DNA of 63,947 bases, counting the filler, from an uncultured bacterium (GTDB lineage Bacteria > CAYJRR01), in assembly GCA_964372275.1 (NCBI GenBank). It is 4 parts of 4 records of this genome, joined end to end, with 100 filler letters (N's around TTAATTAATTAA, not from the genome) between each part and the next. Parts side by side here need not be neighbours in the genome. Positions count along the whole stretch, not along the records: positions 1 to 17,854 come from CAYJRR010000094.1; positions 17,955 to 35,780 come from CAYJRR010000095.1; 2 more parts are not named here. One strand, written 5' to 3'. Positions 9,272 to 18,318 of this stretch are shown here, in pieces. How positions within the stretch are numbered: the first letter of the stretch is position 1; each line of letters starts with the position of its first letter. A program made the position numbers and the translations under genes. The notes beneath the pieces are model-generated. The model worked only from the letters and a program-made list of their open reading frames with translations, did no database searches and was not told where the DNA came from.

Positions 9272-9316
9272 TCGCCGCACGGCGCATCGAACAGACCAAC
9301 GGGAGGGGGTCTTTCA

Positions 9317-9586
9317 ATGGCGTACGTCGTCACGGAACCGTGCATCGGCACGAAGGACAATTCGTGCGTCGGCGTCTGTCCAGTCGACTGCTTCTACGAG
9401 GACGCCCAGCAGCTCTACATCCACCCGGACGAGTGCACCGACTGCGGGGCATGTGAGCCCGAGTGCCCGGTCGAGGCGATCTTCATGGCCGACTCGGTCC
9501 CGGACAAGTGGAAGAGCTACATCGCGAAGAACGCAAACTTCTTCAAGGGGAAGACCGGTCTGACTCCGGTCAAACCGAAAGAGTAG
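9317..9586 (+). CDS. fdxA: Ferredoxin (FdxA/7Fe type), copy 2
   Basis: 79/89 residues identical to copy 1. Has its own GGAGG RBS. Confidence 0.95.
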   Translation: MAYVVTEPCIGTKDNSCVGVCPVDCFYEDAQQLYIHPDECTDCGACEPECPVEAIFMADSVPDKWKSYIAKNANFFKGKTGLTPVKPKE

Positions 9587-9623
9587 TCCTGTCCGCGACG
9601 CCGATCGGATCTACCCTCTCGGC

Positions 9624-9660
9624 AGGGGTCCGGGGAGTGTCCCCGCCGAGACCGAAGGGC
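9624..9660 (+). repeat. REP-like intergenic element (divergent copy)
   Basis: AGGGGTCCGGGGAG..CCCCG..CCGAAGGGC, similar to the copies at 23696 and 26527. Lies within a CTCGGC..GCCGAG hairpin. Confidence 0.5.
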
Positions 9661-9667
9661 TTTACCG

Positions 9668-11056
9668 ATGGCGACGCGAATCGAGACCGACTCGCTGGGG
9701 GCCGTGGAGGTTCCCGCGGAGTCCTACTACGGCGCGCAGACGGCGCGCGCGCTCACGAACTTTCCGATCAGCGGCTTCCGGATGCCGGCGGAGATGGTCC
9801 GTGCCTACGCGCGGATCAAACGAGCCGCCGCCGAAGTGAACGGCGCCCTCGGCGTCCTTCCGCAGGCGCTTGCCGAGGCGATCGCCTCGGCGGCCAAGGA
9901 GGTCGAAGAAGGGGGACTCGCCGACCAGTTCGTGGTCGACGTCTTCCAGGCCGGCGCCGGGACGTCGTTCCACATGAACGTCAACGAGGTGCTCGCCGCG
10001 CGCGCCGCGGAGCGCCTGGGACGCCATCGCGGCGATCGCGCCGCCGTCTCGCCGAACGACCACGTCAACGCCGGACAATCGACGAACGACACCTTTCCCA
10101 GCGCCATGCGACTGGCCTGCCTCGACGCGTGCGGACCGCTCGACGGCGCGATGCGGGAACTGGTCGCCGCGCTCGAACGGCGGCGGGCGGCGGCCGGCGA
10201 TGCTCCGAAGAGCGGCCGGACGCACCTGCAGGACGCGGTCCCGATGACGATCGCGCAGGAGATCGGCGGCTGGGCGACCGTGGCGGAGGACACGAGGCGG
10301 CGTGTCGCCGACGCGGCCCGGTCGCTGCTCGCGCTGCCGCTCGGGGGGACGGCGATCGGCACCGGGATCAACGCCGCGCGCGAGCTCGGACCCCGGACGG
10401 TGGCGCTCCTCGCCGAACGGACGGGCCACCCCCTCGTGCCCGCCGGCGATCGTTTCGCGCGGATCGCGTCGATGGCGGACTTCGCGCACCTCTCGGCGGC
10501 ACTGCGCGGTGCCGCCCTGGAGCTCGGAAAGATCGCCTCCGACCTGCGCCTGCTCGCCTCCGGTCCGTTCACCGGACTCGCCGAGGTGGAGCTTCCGGCG
10601 GTGCAGCCGGGAAGCTCGATCATGCCGGGCAAGGTGAACCCGTCGATGCCGGAGATGCTCAACCAGGTCTGCCTGCAGGTGGTCGGCTGCGATGCGGTCG
10701 TCTCGGCCGCGGCCGGCGCCGGGCAGCTGCAACTCAACGTGATGATGCCCGTCGCCGCCTGGAACCTGCTGCTCGCCATCCGGATCCTCGCCGCCGGCAC
10801 GGAGCGGTTCGCCTCGCGCTGCGTCGACGGGCTGCGCTTCGACCTCGCACGTGCGCGGCGTTACGCCGAGTCGACCGCCGGGCTCGCGACGGCGCTCAAC
10901 GTCCGGCTCGGCTACCTCGCCGCGGCCGAGGTCGCGAAGCAGGCGGTGCGCGACGGCCGGCCGGTGCTGGAGGTGGTGCGCGAGCGCAAGCTCCTCACGG
11001 AGGAGGAGATCGCGACGCTCCTCTCTCCCGACGGCCGCGGAGGGGCAAGCGGGTGA
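9668..11056 (+). CDS. aspA: Aspartate ammonia-lyase / class II fumarase family
   Basis: RIETDSLG, YYGAQTARA, FQAGAGTS.HMNVNE, QSTND, GRTHLQDA, GSSIMPGKVNP. aspA versus fumC not resolved. Confidence 0.85.
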   Translation: MATRIETDSLGAVEVPAESYYGAQTARALTNFPISGFRMPAEMVRAYARIKRAAAEVNGALGVLPQALAEAIASAAKEVEEGGLADQFVVDVFQAGAGTSFHMNVNEVLAARAAERLGRHRGDRAAVSPNDHVNAGQSTNDTFPSAMRLACLDACGPLDGAMRELVAALERRRAAAGDAPKSGRTHLQDAVPMTIAQEIGGWATVAEDTRRRVADAARSLLALPLGGTAIGTGINAARELGPRTVALLAERTGHPLVPAGDRFARIASMADFAHLSAALRGAALELGKIASDLRLLASGPFTGLAEVELPAVQPGSSIMPGKVNPSMPEMLNQVCLQVVGCDAVVSAAAGAGQLQLNVMMPVAAWNLLLAIRILAAGTERFASRCVDGLRFDLARARRYAESTAGLATALNVRLGYLAAAEVAKQAVRDGRPVLEVVRERKLLTEEEIATLLSPDGRGGASG

Positions 11057-11829
11057 CGTCGCGGCTCGAAAGGTTTCTCGCGGCCGGAGCCGTGGCCACG
11101 CTCGCGATCGCGTGCGGCTCGCGCCTGCGCGTCGACACGAACCGAATGCGCACGGTGGAGAGCATTGCGGTCGTCACCTTCGTCGGAAACAGGGTCGTGC
11201 AGCCGCCGAGCCATCCCGGACAGATCGATCCTCCCCTTCCGTCCGATCCATCGCTCGCAACCTCGGAGAGGATCTTCGCCACGGGGATCCCGGAGTTCCT
11301 CGATGCGCTGCGGCGGACCGAGCGGTTCCGCGTCGTCGATCCGGCGACCGTCCTCGCGGCGGAGGCCTACCGTGCCTTTCCGTTCCTCTCCGGAACGAAC
11401 GCGTCGCAGGCGCAGCTGGCCGAGCACTGGCGGCTGGTGCAGCCGCAAGACGGAGAGAAGATCGCGGCGCTGCTCCGCGAGATCGACGCCGACGCCGCGC
11501 TGATCACCTTCTGGCGCTTCACGCTCGACTACGAGCTGCGCGGCGTCGGCGTCGAGTCCGCTTCGCCGCGGGCGCACCTGCGCGCGTGGCTCGTCGACCG
11601 GAGCGGAACGGTGGTCGCCGACGACGAGATCGACGTTCGCTCGGACCAACGGATCGCGCTCCACCAGCAGCGTTACGACGGCCGCAGTCTGCCGCCCCTC
11701 TACACCGACCCGATCGAGACCTGCGCCGTCCGTCTCGTGGCCGACCTCTCCAACGCGCGGGCCCAAGGTCGCGAGGCCGCCCCAACGGGAACTCCAGAAT
11801 CCACGCCGGACGCGGGCGCCGCTCCGTAA
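11053..11829 (+). CDS. Hypothetical lipoprotein
   Basis: GTGA overlap with the upstream stop. Lipobox LAIAC, globular sequence. Confidence 0.75.
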   Translation: MTSRLERFLAAGAVATLAIACGSRLRVDTNRMRTVESIAVVTFVGNRVVQPPSHPGQIDPPLPSDPSLATSERIFATGIPEFLDALRRTERFRVVDPATVLAAEAYRAFPFLSGTNASQAQLAEHWRLVQPQDGEKIAALLREIDADAALITFWRFTLDYELRGVGVESASPRAHLRAWLVDRSGTVVADDEIDVRSDQRIALHQQRYDGRSLPPLYTDPIETCAVRLVADLSNARAQGREAAPTGTPESTPDAGAAP

Positions 11830-11917
11830 GTGCGCCTCCTGCAAGCTGAATGAATTGGCATTCATCGTGCGTGGGCTCGCGCACCGCGATGAACGCCTCG
11901 AATTCCCGGAGGTCGCC

Positions 11918-12373
11918 ATGAGCCCCCGCCTTTCCACCGCCGCTCTCGCCCCGCTCGCGCTGGCCGCCGTGGCTCTCACGGTCCCCACGTTCCCGGGCGC
12001 CGCCTCGGCGTGCGGCGGCGAGTCGGATCCCGACGCCTACGCCGCCTTCCGGGAGCCGGTCGAAGCGGCCCTGGAGTCGGCCCGTTTCGCGCGCATCCGC
12101 GTCGCGCTGGCCGAGCGCTTCGAAACCCTCCCCGAAACCGACGCCTGGAAGGAGGCGTTCGTGGCGAACCCGGACGCGCAGACCTGGGACCAGGTGAAGG
12201 AGGAGGTACTGGCGGAGATCGCCACCCTCAACTCGGAGTCGGACTTCGACACGGTCTACGAGCTTCCACCGAACACCGTCTTCTCGACCCACGTCTTCGG
12301 GCTTCCCTGCGAAGTGACGCTGACTCCGGGCGGGACGGTCGTGGACGTTCACGTCGAGCTCGACGAAGGATGA
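11918..12373 (+). CDS. Hypothetical exported/lipoprotein
   Basis: GGAGG RBS, signal-like N-terminus ending ASAC, acidic mature part. Confidence 0.7.
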   Translation: MSPRLSTAALAPLALAAVALTVPTFPGAASACGGESDPDAYAAFREPVEAALESARFARIRVALAERFETLPETDAWKEAFVANPDAQTWDQVKEEVLAEIATLNSESDFDTVYELPPNTVFSTHVFGLPCEVTLTPGGTVVDVHVELDEG

Positions 12374-12426
12374 CGGGCGGGCGGACCGGTCTTGCCGGGT
12401 CGGAGCGATCCCGCTAGAAGTCGCGC

Positions 12427-13710
12427 ATGCCGCAGATCCGGGATCCGATCCACGGGGCGATCGACCTGTCACAGGCCGAAGTGCACCTGGTCGACGCCCC
12501 GTTCTACCAGCGGCTGCGGAACGTCAAGCAGCTCGGCTTCACCGACCTCGCCTTTCCCGGCGGGACGCACACCCGCTACGCGCACTCGATCGGCGCGATG
12601 CACGTCGCGTCGCGCATCTTCGACAGCCTCGCCCGCGCGCGGGCGTTGCCGGAGGCCGATCGCCGGCGCTTCCGGCAGGCGCTGCGCGTCGCGGTGCTTT
12701 TCCACGACGTCGGCCACGCGCCGCTCTCGCACGCGTCGGAGACGATCATGCCCCCGCGCGCCGACCTCGCGCTCCCGGCGTGGACGGCCGGTCCCGGCGA
12801 CGAGGGACGGCGCGCGAACCACGAGGACTACACCCTCAAGATCCTCCTCGATTCCGAGATCACGGCGCTGATCGAGAAGGAGCTCGGCGGCGACGGGATC
12901 TCGCCGTCCGCGGTCGCCGGCCTGGTGGTCGGCCGCACACCCCCCGGCGGAGCGTCGGCGTTCGTATCCGACGGGCTCGACTGGACGCCCTTGCTGCGTC
13001 AGATCGTCTCCAGCGAGCTCGATGCCGACCGGATGGACTACCTGCAGCGCGATTCGTTCTACACCGGCGTCCACTACGGGAAGTTCGATCTCGACTGGCT
13101 GAGCTCGAACCTCTCGGTCGCCGAGCGCGGCGGCCAGGCGTTCCTGGCGCTGGCGAAGCGGGCGATCTTCGCCTTCGAGGACTTCCTCCTCTCCCGCTAC
13201 CACATGTTCCTGTCTGTCTACTACCACTACACGCCGATCTGCTTCGACCACATGCTCAAGAGCTACTACGTCGAAGCCGACGGCGAGTACGCCATTCCGT
13301 CCTCGATCGACGCCTACCGGAGCCACGATGACGTGCACCTCACCGCAACCCTGCGCGCGTCGAAGAATCGCTGGGCACAGGCGATCGTACGTCGCCGGCC
13401 GTGGAAGCTGGTGTTGGAGGTGAACGAGTTCGACCGCGGCTACGACCTCGACAAGACGCAAAGCGCCCTCGCGTCGGAGCGGATCGAAGCGTTCCGGACC
13501 GAGTCCAAAGGTGTCCTCTCCAAGTACTTCCAGCGAGCCGACGGTCCGAAGCTGTTCGTACACGACCCGGGTAGCGATCGGTTCACACCGATCGAGGAGT
13601 ACACGCCGCTCTACGAGCGATATTCCGGCAGCGTGCGCCTCACGCGCATCTACGTCGATCCCGACCGGGAGGAACGCGCGAGGGCCATCGTCCGGGGACG
13701 GAGTCCGTAG
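12427..13710 (+). CDS. HD-domain phosphohydrolase (SAMHD1/dNTPase-like)
   Basis: IRDPIHG, QRLRNVKQLG, HTRYAHSIG, HDVGHAPLSH, LDADRMDYLQRD. Confidence 0.92.
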   Translation: MPQIRDPIHGAIDLSQAEVHLVDAPFYQRLRNVKQLGFTDLAFPGGTHTRYAHSIGAMHVASRIFDSLARARALPEADRRRFRQALRVAVLFHDVGHAPLSHASETIMPPRADLALPAWTAGPGDEGRRANHEDYTLKILLDSEITALIEKELGGDGISPSAVAGLVVGRTPPGGASAFVSDGLDWTPLLRQIVSSELDADRMDYLQRDSFYTGVHYGKFDLDWLSSNLSVAERGGQAFLALAKRAIFAFEDFLLSRYHMFLSVYYHYTPICFDHMLKSYYVEADGEYAIPSSIDAYRSHDDVHLTATLRASKNRWAQAIVRRRPWKLVLEVNEFDRGYDLDKTQSALASERIEAFRTESKGVLSKYFQRADGPKLFVHDPGSDRFTPIEEYTPLYERYSGSVRLTRIYVDPDREERARAIVRGRSP

Positions 13711-13713
13711 CAC

Positions 13714-14064
13714 GTGATCTTCTGGACGGAATGGATCCCGCTGACGCCCGCGAGCGTGGAGAACCTTTCCGACGTTTCCGGTCTGTACGAGGTGAAGGTC
13801 CTCCGCCGTCTCGTCGACTACCCGACCGGCCGGTCGGCGATGATCTACTACGGCAAGACCCTCCCCGATTCGCCCTCGCTGCGCCGGACGGTCGCGGCCG
13901 ACTGGTTCGCGCCGGAGAAGGAGCCGATCCGCGTCCGTTGGCAGGAGTACGGCGAGATCGTATTCCGGTGGGCGGCGACCGGACGGGTCGACGAGGAACA
14001 GGAGCGTCGGCTTCGCCTCTTCCGCGAACGCTTCGGTCGCGTCCCGTGGGGCAATCCAGAGTGA
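13714..14064 (+). CDS. Small GIY-YIG-like protein
   Basis: SGLYEV...MIYYGKT and C-terminal F.ERFGRVPWGN. Starts 3 bp after the HD gene. Confidence 0.6.
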   Translation: MIFWTEWIPLTPASVENLSDVSGLYEVKVLRRLVDYPTGRSAMIYYGKTLPDSPSLRRTVAADWFAPEKEPIRVRWQEYGEIVFRWAATGRVDEEQERRLRLFRERFGRVPWGNPE

Positions 14065-14083
14065 CGATCGACGCCGTCGCCGT

Positions 14084-14111
14084 TTGACAACGAAAAGTTC
14101 GTACCCATTCT
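14084..14111 (+). promoter_or_regulatory. Putative sigma70 promoter of the histidine kinase gene
   Basis: TTGACA-16 nt-CATTCT. The spacer contains the palindrome ACGAA-AAG-TTCGT. Confidence 0.45.
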
Positions 14112-14136
14112 CGCGGTCCCGAAATCAGGATCGCCC

Positions 14137-14964
14137 ATGATCGAACAACCCTCCAGCAGCGTCCCGCCGCCCGAACCGTCGCCTCGCCGGTCGCCTTCCC
14201 GTCCGGCGCAAGAGTTGCGAACCGCGCTCCGCCGGGCCTTGAAGTCGGCGCTCTCCGAGCTCGAGCCGGCGCTCTCACGTCTGAGCGAGGCGCAGGAGGA
14301 GTCGGTCCGGCAGGCGCGCATCGAGGCGTTCGGATCGGTCGCGGAGGGCCTGGCGCACGACGTCAACAACGCGCTCAGCTCCGTCCTCCTGCGAACGACG
14401 CTCCTCCGGCGCAACGTCGATCCGACCGCCGCCGAACACATCGACGTGATCGACGGCGCGGTGCTCGACGCCGCCACGACGGTGCAGAAGCTCCAGGCGT
14501 TCGCGCGGCGCCGAGCCGGGGGAGCGCCGGCGACGGGGGCGGTCGACGAGGCGCTGCGCGCCGCAGCGGACTCGGTCGCCTCACGGCTCGGACCGACCGA
14601 GATCGCGCTTCGCCTCCAGTCCGGCGCGACGGTGCAGGCACCGCTCGACGAGCTGCGCGAGACGTTCTACGAGCTTCTCAAGAACGCGCACGAGGCGACA
14701 GGAGGAACGGGACCGATCGAGATCGACTCGCGCGCGTCCGACGGGATGGTCACCGTCGTCGTCTCCGACCGCGGGCCGGGAATCCCGGCGGAATCGCTGC
14801 CACGTCTGTTCGAGCCCTTTTTCACCACGCGGGGACCCGGCTCCTCCGGGCTGGGCCTTGCGATGGTCTACGGCCTGGCACGCCGCCTCGGCGGCGACCT
14901 GCGCGCCGAGAACCGCGACGGCGGCGGCGCACGCATCGCCTTGCGCCTGCCCGCGGCGTCGTGA
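14137..14964 (+). CDS. Histidine kinase (HisKA plus HATPase_c), no sensor domain
   Basis: LAHDVNNAL H-box, LLKNA, DRGPGI, FEPFFTT, GLGL. Confidence 0.9.
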   Translation: MIEQPSSSVPPPEPSPRRSPSRPAQELRTALRRALKSALSELEPALSRLSEAQEESVRQARIEAFGSVAEGLAHDVNNALSSVLLRTTLLRRNVDPTAAEHIDVIDGAVLDAATTVQKLQAFARRRAGGAPATGAVDEALRAAADSVASRLGPTEIALRLQSGATVQAPLDELRETFYELLKNAHEATGGTGPIEIDSRASDGMVTVVVSDRGPGIPAESLPRLFEPFFTTRGPGSSGLGLAMVYGLARRLGGDLRAENRDGGGARIALRLPAAS

Positions 14965-16049
14965 AGGCTCGCACGGGCCCACGCGGCCTCGATCGCCTTC
15001 CGCATCGCGGCTCCGATCCCGTACTCCGCAAGCTCCTCGCGCCCGACCCAGGTTCCGGCGCGCGTATCGCCGTGGGCCTCGCACGCGTACGCGTCGAGCG
15101 TCATGTCGAAATGGCTGAAGGCGTGATCGACCGAGGCGACTCGCCGGACGGCCTCCAGCCGCAGCCCGAGTCGCGAACCGATCTCTGCCGATAGCCACGC
15201 ATGCGGCGCTCCGCTCCGATCCTCGGCGCCTCGAGCGCGCCGCCGCCGGTCCGGGCGCTCGGCGCTCGGAAGTTCCCAGAGACCGCCGAGGAGACCCTCG
15301 TCGGGCCGGCGCACGAGCAGCACCCGCCCGCCGCGCTCGACGAACACGCACGCGACCGTCCGGTGCGGCCGCTTCGCCTTCGGCGGCACGGCCGGGATCT
15401 CTCCCTGGCGGCCGAGCGCGCGCGCGGCACAGTCGCCGGCGAGCGGACACCGTTCGCAACGCGGGTTCGACGGCAGGCAGACGGTTGCCCCCAGCTCCAT
15501 CAGCGCCTGGTTGAAATCCCCGGGGCGCTCATCCGGAACGAGCGACGCGGCGATCTCCCAGCACCGATCGTGCAGCGAACGCTCTTTGGCATGCCCTTCC
15601 AGCGCGTGGAGCCGGGACAACACCCGGACGACGTTGCCGTCGACCAACGGCTCGCGGGCGCCGAATGCGATCGACAGGATCGCGCCGGCGGTGTAGCGAC
15701 CGATTCCCGGAAGCGCGTTCACCGCGTCGGGGTCGGACGGGAAGCGGCCACCGTGCTCGTCGCGGATGCGGCGCGCGGCGGCGTGCAGGTTCCGGGCGCG
15801 CGCGTAGTAGCCGAGTCCCGACCATCGGGCGAGCACGTCGTCGAGCGGGCTGTCCGCAAGCGCGACCACGTCCGGGAAACGCGCCAGGAACCGCTCGAAG
15901 TAGCCGATCACGGTATCGACCCGCGTCTGCTGAAGCATGATCTCGGAGATCCAGGTGCGGTACGGATCGGGGGGATCGACGCGCCACGGCAGATCGCGCC
16001 GATTCGCGTCGTACCAACGCAGCAGGCGTATCGCCGACATCCGGCTCAC
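14868..16049 (-). CDS. mutY: A/G-specific adenine glycosylase MutY
   Basis: WY..NRRDLPWR, SEIMLQQT, WSGLGYYARARNL, LPGIGRYTA, VDGNV, Fe-S motif C..PRCERCPLAGDC. GTG start overlaps the recD2 stop. Confidence 0.95.
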   Translation of the reverse strand: MSRMSAIRLLRWYDANRRDLPWRVDPPDPYRTWISEIMLQQTRVDTVIGYFERFLARFPDVVALADSPLDDVLARWSGLGYYARARNLHAAARRIRDEHGGRFPSDPDAVNALPGIGRYTAGAILSIAFGAREPLVDGNVVRVLSRLHALEGHAKERSLHDRCWEIAASLVPDERPGDFNQALMELGATVCLPSNPRCERCPLAGDCAARALGRQGEIPAVPPKAKRPHRTVACVFVERGGRVLLVRRPDEGLLGGLWELPSAERPDRRRRARGAEDRSGAPHAWLSAEIGSRLGLRLEAVRRVASVDHAFSHFDMTLDAYACEAHGDTRAGTWVGREELAEYGIGAAMRKAIEAAWARASLHDAAGRRKAMRAPPPSRFSARRSPPRRRARP

Positions 16050-17854
16050 GCGCCCTCCCGGAGGCGCCGCGCGAGAAGGGTGAAGCGTTCGCCACCGGAG
16101 ACGTTGGCGACCGCCATCGAGATGGCGCGCCGGCTCCCGACCAGGACGACGAGGCGCTTTCCGCGGGTGATCGCGGTGTAGAGGAGGTTTCGCTGGAGCA
16201 TCACGTAGTGTTGGGTGAGCAGCGGGATCACCACCGCCGGGTACTCCGAGCCCTGCGCCCGGTGGATCGTCGAGGCGTAGGCCAGCGCCAGGTCCGGCGC
16301 GTCGCCGGCCTCGTAGAGGATTCGCCGGCCGTCGATCTCGACCTCCAGGACCCGCGCGTGATCGTCGAAGCCGGTGACCCGCCCCAGGTCGCCGTTGAAG
16401 ACCTCCTTGTCGTAGTCGTTGCGGAGCTGCAGCACGCGGTCCCCGATCCGGAAGCGGCGCGGACCCGCCGACACCTCCCGGCCGTGCGGGTTGAGCCGCG
16501 CCTGCAACGCGGCGTTCAGGTTCTGCGCCCCGCCCACCCCGCGGTTCATCGGCACCAGCACCTGCACGTCGCGCGTCGGATCGAGGCCGAAGCGCCGCGG
16601 AATCCGCTCCGCGACCGTCTCGCACACCGTCGCCACCGCCGCTTCCGGGTCGTCGCGCGGCACGAAGAAGAAGTCGTCGGCGTCGAGCTCGGGCATCTCG
16701 CCGGAGTTGACCCGGTGGGCGTTGAGGACGATCCCCGACCGCGTCGACTGGCGGAAGATCTCGGTCAGCTTCACCGTCGGAACGCTTCCGGAGGCGATCA
16801 CGTCCCGGAGTACGTTGCCCGGCCCGACCGACGGAAGCTGGTCGGCGTCCCCCACCAGCACCAGGCGCGCGCCGTCCGGCACCGCCTCGACGATCGAGCG
16901 GAACAGCGGCAAGTCGACCATCGAACACTCGTCGATCACCAGCACGTCGCACTCCAGGCGATTGCCGGCGTTCCGGGCGAACGTCCCGGTACGCGGCTCG
17001 ACTTCGAGCAGGCGGTGCACCGTGCGCGCTTCGAGGCCGGTCGCTTCCGAGAGGCGTTTGGCGGCGCGTCCGGTCGGCGCGGCGAGGAGGATGCGCTCGC
17101 GCCGCGCCCGCACCACGCGACTCAAGGCGTCGACGACCGTCGTCTTCCCGGTGCCGGGCCCGCCGGTGATCACCGTGACCTTCCCTCCGGCGGCGCGCAG
17201 CACCGCCTCCCGCTGCCGGTCGGCGAGCGCGCGGCCGGTCTCCCGCTGTACCCAGTCGACGGCCTTCGCCTCCTCCAGCGGCCGGTCGAGGGACGGCTTC
17301 GCCGTGCACAGCCGCGCCAACGCGCGCGCCGCGGCGCGCTCCGCGGTAGCCAGTTCGGGGAGCATCGCGACGACCACGTCGCCCCGTCCGCCGTCCGCCC
17401 CTTCGACCTCCACCCGCCCCTCGCGCCGGAGCCGTTCCACCGACTCCCCGATCGCCGGACGCCGCTCCTCGCCCAGCAGCTCGGCGGCGCGCGACGCGAG
17501 CGCCTCGAGCGGGAGGTGGCAGTGGCCGTCGCCGGCACCATCGCGCAGGCAGAACAGCACCCCGGCGTCGACGCGCTTCGGCGAGTCCTCGGCGATCCCC
17601 ACCTTGCGCGCGATCCCGTCGGCCGTCTTGAAGCCGATTCCGGAGACCTCGTCGGCCAGGCGATAGGGATCCTCGCGGACGATCCGCGCCGCGCCCGCGC
17701 CGAGCTTGCGATGGATGCGGTGGGCGTAGGCCGGCGTCACGCCGAAGCTCTGGAGGAAGACCATCACCTCGCGGATCTCACGATGCGTTTGCCACGATTC
17801 GCGCAGGCTGGCCGCCCGCTTCTCCCCGATCCCCTCCACCTCGAGCAGACGCTG
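16046..17854 (-). CDS. recD2: ATP-dependent RecD2-like DNA helicase (5' truncated at contig end)
   Basis: GIGFKTAD, TGGPGTGKT, APTGRAA, IDECSM, GDADQLPSVGPG, TIHRAQGSEY, YTAITR. Confidence 0.93.
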   Translation of the reverse strand, partial: QRLLEVEGIGEKRAASLRESWQTHREIREVMVFLQSFGVTPAYAHRIHRKLGAGAARIVREDPYRLADEVSGIGFKTADGIARKVGIAEDSPKRVDAGVLFCLRDGAGDGHCHLPLEALASRAAELLGEERRPAIGESVERLRREGRVEVEGADGGRGDVVVAMLPELATAERAAARALARLCTAKPSLDRPLEEAKAVDWVQRETGRALADRQREAVLRAAGGKVTVITGGPGTGKTTVVDALSRVVRARRERILLAAPTGRAAKRLSEATGLEARTVHRLLEVEPRTGTFARNAGNRLECDVLVIDECSMVDLPLFRSIVEAVPDGARLVLVGDADQLPSVGPGNVLRDVIASGSVPTVKLTEIFRQSTRSGIVLNAHRVNSGEMPELDADDFFFVPRDDPEAAVATVCETVAERIPRRFGLDPTRDVQVLVPMNRGVGGAQNLNAALQARLNPHGREVSAGPRRFRIGDRVLQLRNDYDKEVFNGDLGRVTGFDDHARVLEVEIDGRRILYEAGDAPDLALAYASTIHRAQGSEYPAVVIPLLTQHYVMLQRNLLYTAITRGKRLVVLVGSRRAISMAVANVSGGERFTLLARRLREGA

Positions 17855-17954
17855 NNNNNNNNNNNNNNNNNNNNNNNNNNNNNNNNNNNNNNNNNNNNTT
17901 AATTAATTAANNNNNNNNNNNNNNNNNNNNNNNNNNNNNNNNNNNNNNNNNNNN
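17855..17954. other. Artificial contig linker
   Basis: N44-TTAATTAATTAA-N44, with stop codons in all six frames. Confidence 0.98.
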
Positions 17955-18318
17955 GCCGGCAGCGCGCCACCTCGGTGGCGGCCGGCCGATTTCCCGGCGG
18001 CGCGCACTTCACCGCGTTGGTCACCGCCGCACCTCGCAAGCGTTGGTCGGGTCCGCCGCGCCTACGAGACGCGAACCGTTCGCGATGGAGCGCCGACCAG
18101 AGCCACTCCCCCGAGGCATCCCCGGTGAACGGCCGACCGGTACGATTGGCGCCGCTCCGTCCCGGCGCGAGACCGACGACCAGCAGCGTCGCCCGTTCGT
18201 CGCCGGTCGCCGCCACCGGGGCGTTGTGCCAGTCGGGGTGCGCCTCGCGACACGTATCGAGGTGGCGCGCCAGGCGTGGGCAGTCGCGGCATTCCGTCAG
18301 CGACGCCGAGTCGTTCAT
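17955..18318 (-). CDS. Uracil-DNA glycosylase family 5 (UdgB-like), 3' truncated
   Basis: C..CPRL, VVGLAPG..GANRTGRPFTGDASG, NAVKCAPP.NRP. Confidence 0.9.

Noticed and set aside
17899-17910. TTAATTAATTAA palindrome (also in the other two linkers) as a regulatory or att site
   Set aside because: Synthetic six-frame-stop spacer embedded in Ns.
14868-18318. Apparent udg-recD2-mutY DNA repair operon
   Set aside because: udg lies across an artificial linker on another contig. Only recD2-mutY adjacency is real.
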